Part shown: in pieces, positions 42,060-52,453 of the stretch
Layout of the letters: every line of letters starts with the position of its first letter
Position numbering within the stretch: position 1 is the stretch's first letter
Source of the DNA: Candidatus Poribacteria bacterium
Lineage (GTDB): Bacteria; Poribacteria; WGA-4E; WGA-3G
Direction of reading: 5' to 3'
NCBI GenBank assembly: GCA_963663765.2
Contig: CAXXUA010000013.1
Location: forward strand, 192,001 to 256,000
DNA length: 64,000 nucleotides
Translations under genes and position numbers: made by a program
Notes under the pieces: model-generated
The model's input: the letters and a program-made list of their open reading frames with translations, nothing else
Databases searched by the model: none
Told to the model about the DNA's origin: nothing

Positions 42060-43490
42060 ATGAACAAAGAAAATCAATCCATTCTCAAAACAGACATAAA
42101 AAACCTTCCTGCTGTTTTAGGAGGTATACCGGTCTTTGAAATTTCAGAGGAAAAACCATATCCAAAACTGGATCAATGGAAGCAAATCACTGAAGAAGAG
42201 GCTAAACTTGCTTATGAAATGACGTTACGTAACGAATTATCCGGCAAGTCTTCTACTGTAAGAGAATTTGAACATATATGGCGTGAACGGCATCAGACAA
42301 ATTTCACTATGAGTCTTATAAATGGAACTGCTGCCTTACATAGTGCAATGTTCGGTCTTGGTGTCGGTCCAGGTGATGAAGTGATCTGTCCGACCTATAC
42401 TTGGATGGCGTCTATTACACCTGCTCTAATGTTGATGGCTAGACCTGTCTTTTGTGAAGTTGACCCAAAAACGTTGCTCATTGATGTTGATGATGTCAGG
42501 AAACGGATCACATCGCTGACAAAAGCAATAGTTATAGTGCATCTTTGGGGGAATGTCTGTGATATGGATGCGCTCATGGAACTCAGCGAAGAAACAAACA
42601 TCCCAATAATAGAAGATTGTTCACACGCGCACGGAGCATCATACAAGGGAAAACCATGTGGAAGTATCGGCCATGTTGGCGCTTGGAGTTTGCAAGGAAG
42701 CAAAGCAGTAAGTGCCGGTGAAGGTGGCGTACTCGCAACTAACGATATCGCTGTTTTTGAACGGGCATGTCTATTAGGTCAAGTTAACCGAAGTATAGAT
42801 ACCATTGGTGAACCCGAATTAGACACTGCTGCCCTAAATTACCGACATCTTCCACCTATGGGTTTGGGTGTAAAGTATCGAGCACATCCATTGGCAATTG
42901 GGATTGCATCTATTCAATTGCAGAAACTTGACCAACTCAATGAAAACCGACGACAATATCTCAATGAAATCAATGATGGGTTAAAGGAAATTCCTGGAGT
43001 AGCTGCAATCAAGCGAAATGCTGGAACACAACCTGCTGGATACTTTGGATTTCCTATACATTATAAACAGGATGAAATGTATGGTCTTTCAGCACAAGTG
43101 TTTGCACATGCATTACGTAAAGAAGGTGTTTTGGCTAATAACAATACATTTCCCCTATTAGTTGGTGATGGTGAGCCAGTATTTTCTGGAAGCCTACCAA
43201 CGAATAGCAACCCATATCCATTATTACATACTTTACCGCTTTTTATGAATGGACTTGACTTATACACAAAGGGGCGCGGTTCTCTTTGCACATCTGATTT
43301 GGGTGGAGACTACCAAGGATATTCTCTCGGTGACTTACCCATTACAGAAAAAGTCTGTTCACAATTGGTTTTTCTACCACTCTTAACAAATCCGGTACCA
43401 AAAGCTGCTGAAAAGATACTTACCGCTATCCGAAAAATATCAAATCATGCAGAGTTATTAGTTAAAACCATGAAAAATAACCCTGTATAG
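42060..43490 (+). CDS. DegT/DnrJ/EryC1/StrS PLP-dependent aminotransferase
   Basis: NGTAALH, GPGDEVI, IVHLWG, IEDCSHAHG, SLQGSK..GEGG. Confidence 0.9.
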   Translation: MNKENQSILKTDIKNLPAVLGGIPVFEISEEKPYPKLDQWKQITEEEAKLAYEMTLRNELSGKSSTVREFEHIWRERHQTNFTMSLINGTAALHSAMFGLGVGPGDEVICPTYTWMASITPALMLMARPVFCEVDPKTLLIDVDDVRKRITSLTKAIVIVHLWGNVCDMDALMELSEETNIPIIEDCSHAHGASYKGKPCGSIGHVGAWSLQGSKAVSAGEGGVLATNDIAVFERACLLGQVNRSIDTIGEPELDTAALNYRHLPPMGLGVKYRAHPLAIGIASIQLQKLDQLNENRRQYLNEINDGLKEIPGVAAIKRNAGTQPAGYFGFPIHYKQDEMYGLSAQVFAHALRKEGVLANNNTFPLLVGDGEPVFSGSLPTNSNPYPLLHTLPLFMNGLDLYTKGRGSLCTSDLGGDYQGYSLGDLPITEKVCSQLVFLPLLTNPVPKAAEKILTAIRKISNHAELLVKTMKNNPV

Positions 43491-43503
43491 ACTTTTTTAG
43501 AAC

Positions 43504-45231
43504 ATGTCATTAGAATTTTCAACAATAACACGAACTCATAATATAAATAAACTAAAGTCAGAACCATTAGACGTGTTGGTTATTGGCGGAGGGATCGTCG
43601 GTGCTGCTGTCATTCGGGATCTCACACTAAATGGAGGGATAAAAGTTGGTTTGATAGAACAATCAGATTTTGCCAGTGGCACGAGCGGTGCAAGTTCTCA
43701 ACTGATACACGGTGGTTTTCGTTACCTTGCTAAACGTGACATCAGTCTGGTAAAACAAGCACGAAAGGAAAGAGAAATCCTGCTGCATATCGCACCGAAC
43801 CTTGTGAAACCTATACCTTTAGCAATATTAAGGTACAAGGGTGACCCGTATCCACTTGCAGGAATTCAACTCGCCGCAAGATACTACAATCATCTCTCAC
43901 AATCTGATAATGCAGAAAAGTCTATGCTACTGCGAGATGTACAGAAGATACAAGACATGGTAGGTCCCGTCTCAACAGATTCATTAAAGGGATGTGTTGT
44001 CTTATGGGACAGCAAAGTAGATGATGCAAGGCTGACCTTAGCAACGCTCAAAGATGCTTATCAGAACGGAGGTATTGTAGCAAACTATGTTCAATTCCTA
44101 CGTTTTATTGACCAACCTAGTACATCAGTTGTACCACATAGAATAATTGCGAAGGATACTATATCGGATCAATGCTTTGAAATTACTGCAAAAAAAGTTG
44201 TCTCTACTGTAGGTCCGTGGACAGATCAGATTTGGTGTAAAGATCCAAGTTACGATGGAAAGCCGAGATTAGAGACAAAAAATGCAAAAGGCATACACAT
44301 AATATTACCGTCTTGTGTCGGTGGAAATAGCTCAATTCAATATGGTGTGATTGCAGTGACTCAAGCAGAAAAACACAAAAATGAAAAGCAACGCGCGATT
44401 TTTCTATTACCAGGTGAACACAATACCACTATTATCGGCACAACTGAAACCACGCCAGAAGGTGATCCAGAGTCTGCCCGACCATCTAAAGAAGAAATAG
44501 AGTATCTACTTACAGAAACACAACGAATTTTCCCAAGTATGTCATTTAATCGTAACTCAATAATTGGAACTTATGCAGGAGTCCGTCCTCTAATTGCTTC
44601 CAACAATTCTAAGAAAATAGACGAAAAAGGTGGTCGTAACTTTGTTTCAAGAGAACATATCATCACCGAAAGTCCAAGCGGCATCTTATATGTCTATGGT
44701 GGAAAACTAACAACGCACCGTCTAATCGCTGAAGAAACTACAGACTTAATAACAGAATTACTTGATGTTCCCCGTCACTGTAAAACTGCCGTCTGTCCCT
44801 TGTCAATTGCTATGTCAGAAGGTTTTACCTATCATAACCCAAACACTTCTCAAAGTTCTACTGATCAGCTTATGAAAAACTCTATCTCCGAAACTGATAC
44901 TGAACGTCTCTTCCAACGATATGGTAGCACTGGTTATCAGACCATCACAGAATTCATCAAGCAAGATGGCACACTCGCTGAACCTATTGCGCCTTCTCTG
45001 CCATACCTAAAGGCAGAGATCATTTATGCCTTTAGGGGGGAAATGGCTATCACATTAGAAGACCTGTTGTGGCGACGCACTCGAATTGGATGGACAAAAG
45101 GACAAGGTATAGACATTGCAACGAAAATAGCAGAGTTTATTGGTGAAAAGAACAACTGGACACAGGAGAAAGTAGAAGCTGAAGTTACAAACTACGTAAA
45201 CCGTATTAAGTGGTTAAATCGAAACCTGTAA
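43504..45231 (+). CDS. glpD: FAD-dependent glycerol-3-phosphate dehydrogenase/oxidase family
   Basis: IGGGIVG, DFASGTS..S.LIHGG.RYL, DDARL, KGIH, AGVRPL, GGKLTT, RRTR. Confidence 0.85.
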   Translation: MSLEFSTITRTHNINKLKSEPLDVLVIGGGIVGAAVIRDLTLNGGIKVGLIEQSDFASGTSGASSQLIHGGFRYLAKRDISLVKQARKEREILLHIAPNLVKPIPLAILRYKGDPYPLAGIQLAARYYNHLSQSDNAEKSMLLRDVQKIQDMVGPVSTDSLKGCVVLWDSKVDDARLTLATLKDAYQNGGIVANYVQFLRFIDQPSTSVVPHRIIAKDTISDQCFEITAKKVVSTVGPWTDQIWCKDPSYDGKPRLETKNAKGIHIILPSCVGGNSSIQYGVIAVTQAEKHKNEKQRAIFLLPGEHNTTIIGTTETTPEGDPESARPSKEEIEYLLTETQRIFPSMSFNRNSIIGTYAGVRPLIASNNSKKIDEKGGRNFVSREHIITESPSGILYVYGGKLTTHRLIAEETTDLITELLDVPRHCKTAVCPLSIAMSEGFTYHNPNTSQSSTDQLMKNSISETDTERLFQRYGSTGYQTITEFIKQDGTLAEPIAPSLPYLKAEIIYAFRGEMAITLEDLLWRRTRIGWTKGQGIDIATKIAEFIGEKNNWTQEKVEAEVTNYVNRIKWLNRNL

Positions 45232-45376
45232 TTCAATAGCTATGACTTTAGTATTACATTTATAGTAGATTTTAAAATTTACCTAAACACTTTATTCCAT
45301 ACCTTTAACAAACCAAACGAACTACGGTTGTGCTACAGAAATGTTCAAGAAATAATATGCTTTACCACAAAAAGAT

Positions 45377-46405
45377 ATGAAATGGCTACGATTTGGAAAT
45401 CCGGATTATCTCTTTATATTATGGGTAGGTTTACCACTTATTGTCTTGTTGCTTTTTTATGGACTACAAAAAAAGTGGAAAATGCTATTGCTTTTTCAAA
45501 GCAATGTGAGTCCTACACATCTTAAACGATTCAAAATTCAAGTGCTGTTATTAGGATTATGTTTTCTGTTTGTTTCAATTGCTATTGTCCATCCACAGTG
45601 GGGAATAAAGCCAGAAACTGTAGCAGAAAGGTTAGACATCATGCTTGCATTGGATATATCCACAAGCATGCTTGCAATAGATGAAAATGCCACCCGCAGA
45701 CTTACGCATGCCAAGAATACCATACTTGCTTTGTTGAACCGACTGGATGGTGAACGAATTGGTTTACTCTATTTCGCTGAGGCAAGCATTGTGGTATGTC
45801 CATTAACCACTGATGTTTCAACGCCCAGGGAAATATTATCAGCAATAACACCTGATACACTTGTTCACAGAGGCACTAATATCTCAAATGCTATTGAGAC
45901 CGCAACTGAACGGTTCATTTCGGCACAAGATGAATTAATAACGAGTAATACTGATGTTGGTGGACATAAAGTTGTGATCCTTTTCACAGATGGAGAGGAT
46001 CATGGTGACGATGCCATCGTTACAGCAAAAGTGGCGACAGAAGAGGGTGTTCATCTCTATTGTGTAGGAATTGGAGCATCAGAAAAATCAGTTCCGATAC
46101 CACTTGCAGATGAAAGCAAGGGATACAAGAGAGATGTAAACGGTCAACTGGTACTCACAATGTTAAATGAGGGTTATTTACAAGATGTTACAGAAGCGGG
46201 AGACGGTAACTATTATCACGCAAATGATGGTATAACAGATTTAATGAAGGACTTAGCGAACCTTGAAAAGCAGAAATATCAGACATCCGCTCACGGTGAC
46301 TTACAAGAAAGGTTTCAATGGTTTGTTGCGTTAGCCTTACTCTTACTTTTTAGTGAATTACTGATTCAGACAAAAATAAGAAACAGCGCGAGGATGCTAA
46401 ATTAG
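45377..46405 (+). CDS. BatB-like vWA domain membrane protein
   Basis: N-terminal F.NP.YL TM segments, PQWG, DISTSM MIDAS, CPLTTD, TDGEDH, C-terminal ERFQW TM. Confidence 0.8.
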   Translation: MKWLRFGNPDYLFILWVGLPLIVLLLFYGLQKKWKMLLLFQSNVSPTHLKRFKIQVLLLGLCFLFVSIAIVHPQWGIKPETVAERLDIMLALDISTSMLAIDENATRRLTHAKNTILALLNRLDGERIGLLYFAEASIVVCPLTTDVSTPREILSAITPDTLVHRGTNISNAIETATERFISAQDELITSNTDVGGHKVVILFTDGEDHGDDAIVTAKVATEEGVHLYCVGIGASEKSVPIPLADESKGYKRDVNGQLVLTMLNEGYLQDVTEAGDGNYYHANDGITDLMKDLANLEKQKYQTSAHGDLQERFQWFVALALLLLFSELLIQTKIRNSARMLN

Positions 46406-46437
46406 ATTTCTTATGCCGCTCATTTGTCGTAAACTGT

Positions 46438-47469
46438 TCATGTCTTTTTAGGTATTAACCCATCAGGTCTGAAGCGCATCAAGAGTATCAATATGATCCC
46501 AAAGATAAGATAACGAGCATCACCAAACTGGTTAGGAAGGACCCATCTGAGTACTTCTCCTAAGGATGCTAGTACTGCTCCGCCCATAATTGCACCTCTG
46601 ATGCTGCCCATTCCACCAAGGACAACCATGCAAACGATCAGGATGGACTCCCAGAACTCAAACGTCCCTGCACTTATACCTGCTCTGAATGGACCTAAAA
46701 ACGCACCACCCAGTGCCCCAATGGCAGCACTGATCGCAAAGGCAAGCAATTTATAACGACTGACATTGATCCCCATACTTTCAGCTGCCTGTTCATCCTC
46801 TCGGATCGCAACCCAAGCCCTACCAACCCTCGAATGAAGCAATCGATACGTTACAAAAACAACGATTGCAAGCAGTATGAAAATCTGATAATAGTAATGC
46901 CAAAGTTGATCAAGTTGTATATTGAAGATCTTCGGTGCAGGAATATCGTTTATCATGCCATCAATATCACCAATTAACCAATCCTCAACTTTTACAATAC
47001 GGAAGAGTAATTCAGCAAACCCAAAAGTTACAATAGCAAAATAATCGCCTGTTAGTCTTAACGTAGGCACGCCTCGCAAAAGTCCCCAGAATGCTCCATT
47101 TACCACAGCAATTGGGAGTGCTATCCAATAACTGATACCTAACCTTGTCATGAGAATACCTGCTGTGTATCCACCGACAAGGTAAAACCCAACATAACCG
47201 AGGTCTAATAATCCAGTAAACCCACAAACAATGTTTAATCCTACAGCAAGAAGCATGTATAAACATACTTCTATTACAGTACGGAGCATTGTATCTCCAC
47301 TTGGTATTGGAAGATAAATGCCCTGTTTTGTAAATAAGCCATAGATAAAATCTATCCCGTACGTAAACAGTGGGAATAGACAAATTACGAAAAAAAGAAC
47401 AATCGTTTTAGATGTGATCTTATTTCGCAATAGATTTTCTGTGTTGTTGGGTGTTATTTTATTTTCCAT
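46438..47469 (-). CDS. livM: Branched-chain amino acid ABC permease
   Basis: GLNIVCGFTGLLDLG, LRLTGDYFAIVT, SRVGRAW.AIREDE. Confidence 0.9.
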   Translation of the reverse strand: MENKITPNNTENLLRNKITSKTIVLFFVICLFPLFTYGIDFIYGLFTKQGIYLPIPSGDTMLRTVIEVCLYMLLAVGLNIVCGFTGLLDLGYVGFYLVGGYTAGILMTRLGISYWIALPIAVVNGAFWGLLRGVPTLRLTGDYFAIVTFGFAELLFRIVKVEDWLIGDIDGMINDIPAPKIFNIQLDQLWHYYYQIFILLAIVVFVTYRLLHSRVGRAWVAIREDEQAAESMGINVSRYKLLAFAISAAIGALGGAFLGPFRAGISAGTFEFWESILIVCMVVLGGMGSIRGAIMGGAVLASLGEVLRWVLPNQFGDARYLIFGIILILLMRFRPDGLIPKKT

Positions 47470-47523
47470 AGGTTTCTGTATAAAATATTATATTCACTTT
47501 ATATGAAGATATTCTCAAAAAAG

Positions 47524-48420
47524 TTATGCGCGCGTCTTTGTAGATTTTCCGAGTAACCCCGAAGGTCGGATGAGGATCACAGCAATCATTATAATATAAG
47601 CAAAAGCTACCCTATAACTGGAATCAATATAACCTGCTCCAAGAACTTCTGCAAGTCCTATTATTAATCCTCCGAGCATGGCTCCAGTGATATTGCCTAT
47701 ACCTCCGAGTACAGCAGCTGCAAAGGCTGCAACACCTTTATAGTATCCCATCATTGGTTCAATTACTTCGCGTGTACCTACCATCACGCCTGCAACTGCT
47801 CCTAATGCAGAACCGATAGCAAAGGTTATTAAGATCACTTGGTTTGTATTGATACCCATCAGATTTGATGCGACTTTGTTCTGTGCACATGCACGCATTG
47901 CTTTGCCAATTTTTGTTAGGTGTATCATTCGATTCAATCCAAACATTAAAGCAAGTGCAAGCAGGATGATAAATAGATCAAGGTAAGGTAATGATGCGCC
48001 TCCTGGTAGGCTTATTGCGTTTTGGCTGTGAAAAAATGCAGGAAGCAGATCACTTGTTATAGTGCGTTGTTCTGCTTTCCAGATGAGTTGAGCAAGATTT
48101 TGTAAACCGATTGACATACCAATAGCAGTAATTAATGCTGATAGACGAGATGCGTTTCGTAGGGGACGGTATGCAATGACATCTATTATCATACCCAACG
48201 CTGCACAGAGTATCATGCTCATCGGTAGAGCTATCCAAAAGGGAACATTCAAGAATGTAACAAGTGTAAAAGCAAAATATGCACCAAACATGAAAATTTC
48301 ACCATGAGCGAAATTTATCAGTTGGATAATTCCATACACCATCGTATATCCCACTGCGATCAGTGCATATATTCCCCCAAGGACTAACCCATTCATTATC
48401 TGCTCTAATAATTGAGCCAT
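47524..48420 (-). CDS. livH: Branched-chain amino acid ABC permease
   Basis: YALIAVGYTMVYGII.LINFAHGE, AAVLGGIG. Confidence 0.92.
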   Translation of the reverse strand: MAQLLEQIMNGLVLGGIYALIAVGYTMVYGIIQLINFAHGEIFMFGAYFAFTLVTFLNVPFWIALPMSMILCAALGMIIDVIAYRPLRNASRLSALITAIGMSIGLQNLAQLIWKAEQRTITSDLLPAFFHSQNAISLPGGASLPYLDLFIILLALALMFGLNRMIHLTKIGKAMRACAQNKVASNLMGINTNQVILITFAIGSALGAVAGVMVGTREVIEPMMGYYKGVAAFAAAVLGGIGNITGAMLGGLIIGLAEVLGAGYIDSSYRVAFAYIIMIAVILIRPSGLLGKSTKTRA

Positions 48421-48487
48421 AATCTAAATTTCCCTAATGTCTGCATTTATAGTAGAATGCCAATTTGAACCATATATAGCAAAGCGT

Positions 48488-49678
48488 TTATTCCAACATC
48501 TGTACTTCTGCTGTATCAAATTTACCATCTTTCACGATTTTGACATAAGCGGGTTTATTGACGGTATCGCCATTTTTGTCAAAATAGGTTAGTCCGGTGA
48601 TGCCGGTATAACCTTCCTCTGGAGTATCTATATCAGCCAAATGGTCTCGAATAGCTTTTCGTTTGTCTTCGATAGAAGCATCCATTTTGTATGTATTTTC
48701 AATTGCTTCAGCAATCATACCTACAGCATCATACGACAAAGCAGCCCAAGTATCAGGTTCAACACCGTATTCAGTCTTGAAAACTTCCGCGACGTTTAGT
48801 GCTTTTTCTCCACCCGCACCAAACATGAAGGGAGTTGTAAGAAGCGTGCCTTCAGCTGCATCCCCAGCACTTTCTAAGAAATCCGGAGAATCAACGCCAT
48901 CTGCGCCAAAGAACCGAGAAGTAATCCCTGACTCACGTGCTTGCTTGACAATCAAACCAGCTTGACTATATAAACCTGAAATAAAGATAATGTCTGGATC
49001 TTTGGCTTTAATACTGGTAAGTTGAGCTTTAAAGTCTGTGTTGTCACGGTCATAAGATTCAGTAGCAACAACATTTAATCCAATTACTTTTGCTTCAGCT
49101 AAGAATGCGTCTGCTAAACCTTTTCCATAAGCATCATTATCGTAGAATACAGCAACCGAAGTCAGGTCGGTCAATTTATTTTTTATGTAATTTGCGATAA
49201 ATGATGCTTGAAAATCATCACGATACAGATTCCTAAACATCCAGTCGCTACCTTCACAAACCGTGACGTTTGTTGAACCGGGAGACAATGCTACGATGCC
49301 TTTCCTTCCATAGATTGTTTTACCTCTTAAAGAACAAGAACTGTTAAAGTGACCGATAACTGCAAGAATACGCGGGTTTGTAGAGATACGAGTCGCAACT
49401 GAAATTGCTTCCTTCTCTTTCCCCGTATCATTCTCAAAGTCAAGAATTAATTCCTTCTTGATGAATTCACCTTCATCATTCTTTTCATTAGTCTTGATTC
49501 CACCAGCGTCATTTATTTCTTTTGCCTTAAGACTTGCTCCCCGTTTAATCATTTCACCAAACGAAGCGTTGCTTCCAGTAAATGGTCCTGCAACAGCAAC
49601 CCTTATTTGGTCTCCAGCATCGCAGCCCCAGACCAACGCCAATGAAAATAATAACAATGCAATCAACCCATTTCTCAT
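48488..49678 (-). CDS. livK: Branched-chain amino acid ABC substrate-binding lipoprotein (LivK/LivJ family)
   Basis: Lipobox LVWGC, GPFTG, IGHFNSS, AYGKGL, TDF..QL..IK. Confidence 0.85.
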   Translation of the reverse strand: MRNGLIALLLFSLALVWGCDAGDQIRVAVAGPFTGSNASFGEMIKRGASLKAKEINDAGGIKTNEKNDEGEFIKKELILDFENDTGKEKEAISVATRISTNPRILAVIGHFNSSCSLRGKTIYGRKGIVALSPGSTNVTVCEGSDWMFRNLYRDDFQASFIANYIKNKLTDLTSVAVFYDNDAYGKGLADAFLAEAKVIGLNVVATESYDRDNTDFKAQLTSIKAKDPDIIFISGLYSQAGLIVKQARESGITSRFFGADGVDSPDFLESAGDAAEGTLLTTPFMFGAGGEKALNVAEVFKTEYGVEPDTWAALSYDAVGMIAEAIENTYKMDASIEDKRKAIRDHLADIDTPEEGYTGITGLTYFDKNGDTVNKPAYVKIVKDGKFDTAEVQMLE

Positions 49679-49682
49679 CTTA

Positions 49683-50474
49683 TTAGTACTCCCCTTTTTC
49701 TATAACAGATTTTTCAGCGATAACCTGTCTGAAGTCAAAATTAAATTTCAATTTTTCTTGTTTACCATCTGAGTTGACTAAAACAACTTCGGGTATAATA
49801 ATCCTCATTTCTGTAGTATCACGGTGTAGACGATCAAAAACGATAAGACCGCGCCGCTTAGCACCTTTGAACAATTTACCGCTTTCAAACAGACTTTGAG
49901 CTAAGACTTCACGACCTTCTTGCAATGCAGCAATATCCACATAGTTTTGATAGTATGGATAATATCTATGATTAGGGATATGGTACTGCGGATAGGGAGG
50001 AGTTTGAACTGCGTTCTGTTCTGGTTTTTCTAAGTTCCCATAAAGGTCTTCAAAGTAATCGAATGGAAGATTTGCGTACTGCGCACCATTTTTATCAATA
50101 AGCATTGCACTCTCTTCTACCAAGACCCGTGATGTCTTCAAATTGTGAATCGTTAATTCAAAGACTGTATAAATGGGTTCAACGTTTCCATTGTTACTAA
50201 CATATTGATATGGATTGCTGTGTGGGTTCTCCGTTAATGCAAAAATTTCTGCTTCATCAAGTGCTTCAATTGTTACTGCAACACCCTTTTGAACAACCGT
50301 GACAGCACCCGTTTCAGGATGAATTCTTGTGTTTGTTTGACCTTCAATCGGTTCAATGTATATGTCAACCGAGGGTTGTGGTACAACTGTACAACTCACA
50401 CACATTCCACCTAATAATACATAAATGACTATATGTGCAACTTTTGTTTTAATTCTTCTCAAGAATTGATACAT
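49683..50474 (-). CDS. Hypothetical lipoprotein
   Basis: Basic N-region, hydrophobic stretch ending CVSC; 4 bp upstream of livK. Confidence 0.65.
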   Translation of the reverse strand: MYQFLRRIKTKVAHIVIYVLLGGMCVSCTVVPQPSVDIYIEPIEGQTNTRIHPETGAVTVVQKGVAVTIEALDEAEIFALTENPHSNPYQYVSNNGNVEPIYTVFELTIHNLKTSRVLVEESAMLIDKNGAQYANLPFDYFEDLYGNLEKPEQNAVQTPPYPQYHIPNHRYYPYYQNYVDIAALQEGREVLAQSLFESGKLFKGAKRRGLIVFDRLHRDTTEMRIIIPEVVLVNSDGKQEKLKFNFDFRQVIAEKSVIEKGEY

Positions 50475-50515
50475 TATGGTTTTTGACCTCTACATTCTTT
50501 GAATATACAACTTAT

Positions 50516-50544
50516 ATTTTACACATTACAAGTTTGAATGTCAA
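50516..50544 (-). promoter_or_regulatory. sigma70 promoter for the lipoprotein-liv operon
   Basis: TTGACA, 17 bp, TAAAAT on the minus strand. Confidence 0.7.
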
Positions 50545-50674
50545 CGTTTTTATCACTTATATAAAGTTTTTCTATATATTATGGTCATATTATAGTCAGT
50601 ATAAAGTCTTTCAGGTTGAGTTTTTAGTTGCCAGTTTTCGGTTATCAATTTTTTTGTCGGTTTACGCGAGGAAC

Positions 50675-50998
50675 GGTGTGTAAAGTTTTGGTTGCTGTGC
50701 GTACGTGCGTAGGGGCTGGGTCTCCCCGCCCGAACAGAGGCTTTATGCGTGCGCGGAAACCTCGCCCCTACGATGTCCACAGTTTTCTAACGTCAAGCAA
50801 ACTTGATATATGGTAGATTTTAGAATTAATTAGACATTACGGGTTTGTAGGAGTGAACTCCGATTACCGACTACGAGTGGCTTTGGTCGCGATTCGGAGA
50901 TTGCTCCTACAGAAAATGTGCCTCTTTAATTTCAAAGTTCACCATAAGTTGGACGGACTTTTTTTATATCAGGGTTTCTACAAAAACTTTACACACCC
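50675..50998. mobile_element. Non-autonomous MITE, IS256-family-like ends, carrying two REP hairpins
   Basis: Perfect 15-bp inverted repeats ggtgtgtaaagtttt (50675-50689) and aaaactttacacacc (50983-50997); flanking direct repeat cgaggaac (50667-50674, 50999-51006); internal GTAG...CTAC hairpins at 50709-50771 and 50847-50910. Confidence 0.75.
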
Positions 50999-51127
50999 CG
51001 AGGAACGCAATTCGCGTAATCCGTGTAAACCGAGATTCAGACAGCACACATGCCAAAAACTTTACAGTTCTTAACGGTGTGATTCAATTGTATATAAGAA
51101 CAGATTTTCTGAATTATCATATGGGTT

Positions 51128-52369
51128 TTACTCATCACTTTTCTCAGTTGTTGCTAATTTCTGATATTGTGAGGATAAATTTTGCACAATTACACCCCAA
51201 ATACATGAAGCTACCATTGCAGTAATAGAAAATGCTTTTCCGGGTATAGTAGTCACAAACAGACGAACTAATTCAATGACACCTGCACTGCCCCCTTTGC
51301 TAAAACGGTATCCAAATGAATCTATTATCTGCTTAGCACGGTATCTTTCATCATAAGAAAGTGGCATGTAGAATAGTTCTTTACCTGCGCGAAATAGCGA
51401 GTAGTCAAGTGCTTTAAACGTTATATAGGAAATTCCTCCAGTTCTAAGTGATGGTCTTAGTGTGAGAAAGAAACCGTTAATGAGATGTACAAGTGGAATG
51501 AATATGTGAATTATACGAACAGAAATAAATCGTAGTGTTATAGGGACAACAATCAATTGTAGAACTGCAGAAATTGCACCTAGTCCAGCATAGAAATTAC
51601 CGTAATACGCACTCATTTCATCCTCATTGGTTATCTCTGTTTCAACTAATCCATTGAATCGGAGGTCAAGTACTGTAGAAATAAGTTGTGTAGTTAGGAT
51701 CAGTAGTCCAATGAAAACAAGGTATTTTGAACTAAAAAACGTCTTAACACCTAAGTGACCACGTTTTCCACCTTCTTCGGCAACACTCGGTTTTGGTTCT
51801 CCTGCAAATTTATATGCGATAACACCAAAGATAGCCGCGGGTATTAGTGATGCTGCAGTGAAAACGAGAAAGATTTCAGAACCTAAGGTTGTTGCCCATT
51901 TTCCTACAAGTAATCCCCCCGCGACAGAACCTACAGAAGCAATTGCACAGAATGGTCCGTTTATGGTTTTTGCTTGTTTAGATGAAAGGACACTGTTGAC
52001 AAATGACCAGAATTGTTCAATGATGATAACAATGTATGCTTCACGAAAGACATAGATTATGGCAGCAGCGAAGCGGTAACCCCGTAATAATGCAAAGTAA
52101 CTCCCTATAATTAAAGCTCCTGATAGAATTGAAGTTATCGCCAACGTGCGTGTTGCACCACACCAAGAAAGCAACCGGCCATAAATGTAAAGAAGCAGGA
52201 TGAGACTGGGCGGAACTGCCATCATTACACGGGGAAGATTCTCGGCTGTGTATGACGTAATGAAAAGTGAGTTAGATACTGCCCGGATAAATTCATAGCC
52301 ACACAAGAGAAAACTTGCAGCAGCAGAGATTGCAACAGCAGCAAAAAGGACACGTTTTGGAAACATCAA
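51128..52369 (-). CDS. TLC/Npt ATP-ADP translocase-like MFS transporter
   Basis: About 11-12 TM; Y.FIR..S.SLF, QFWSFVN, KALDYSLFR..KELFYMPL..DERYRAKQIIDSFGYRFSK. Confidence 0.75.
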   Translation of the reverse strand: MMFPKRVLFAAVAISAAASFLLCGYEFIRAVSNSLFITSYTAENLPRVMMAVPPSLILLLYIYGRLLSWCGATRTLAITSILSGALIIGSYFALLRGYRFAAAIIYVFREAYIVIIIEQFWSFVNSVLSSKQAKTINGPFCAIASVGSVAGGLLVGKWATTLGSEIFLVFTAASLIPAAIFGVIAYKFAGEPKPSVAEEGGKRGHLGVKTFFSSKYLVFIGLLILTTQLISTVLDLRFNGLVETEITNEDEMSAYYGNFYAGLGAISAVLQLIVVPITLRFISVRIIHIFIPLVHLINGFFLTLRPSLRTGGISYITFKALDYSLFRAGKELFYMPLSYDERYRAKQIIDSFGYRFSKGGSAGVIELVRLFVTTIPGKAFSITAMVASCIWGVIVQNLSSQYQKLATTEKSDE

Positions 52370-52453
52370 GGAACTCTATCAAAGTAGTGGTAACAATTAT
52401 CACGGTATAATTCTTAATCAACACGAGAAAAACTTAGTGGGATTTCGATCCTA

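Noticed and set aside
50483-51074. Short ORFs such as 50553-50780 (VGARFPR...GRPSPY) and 50853-51074
   Set aside because: They are translations of REP/MITE DNA, not credible genes
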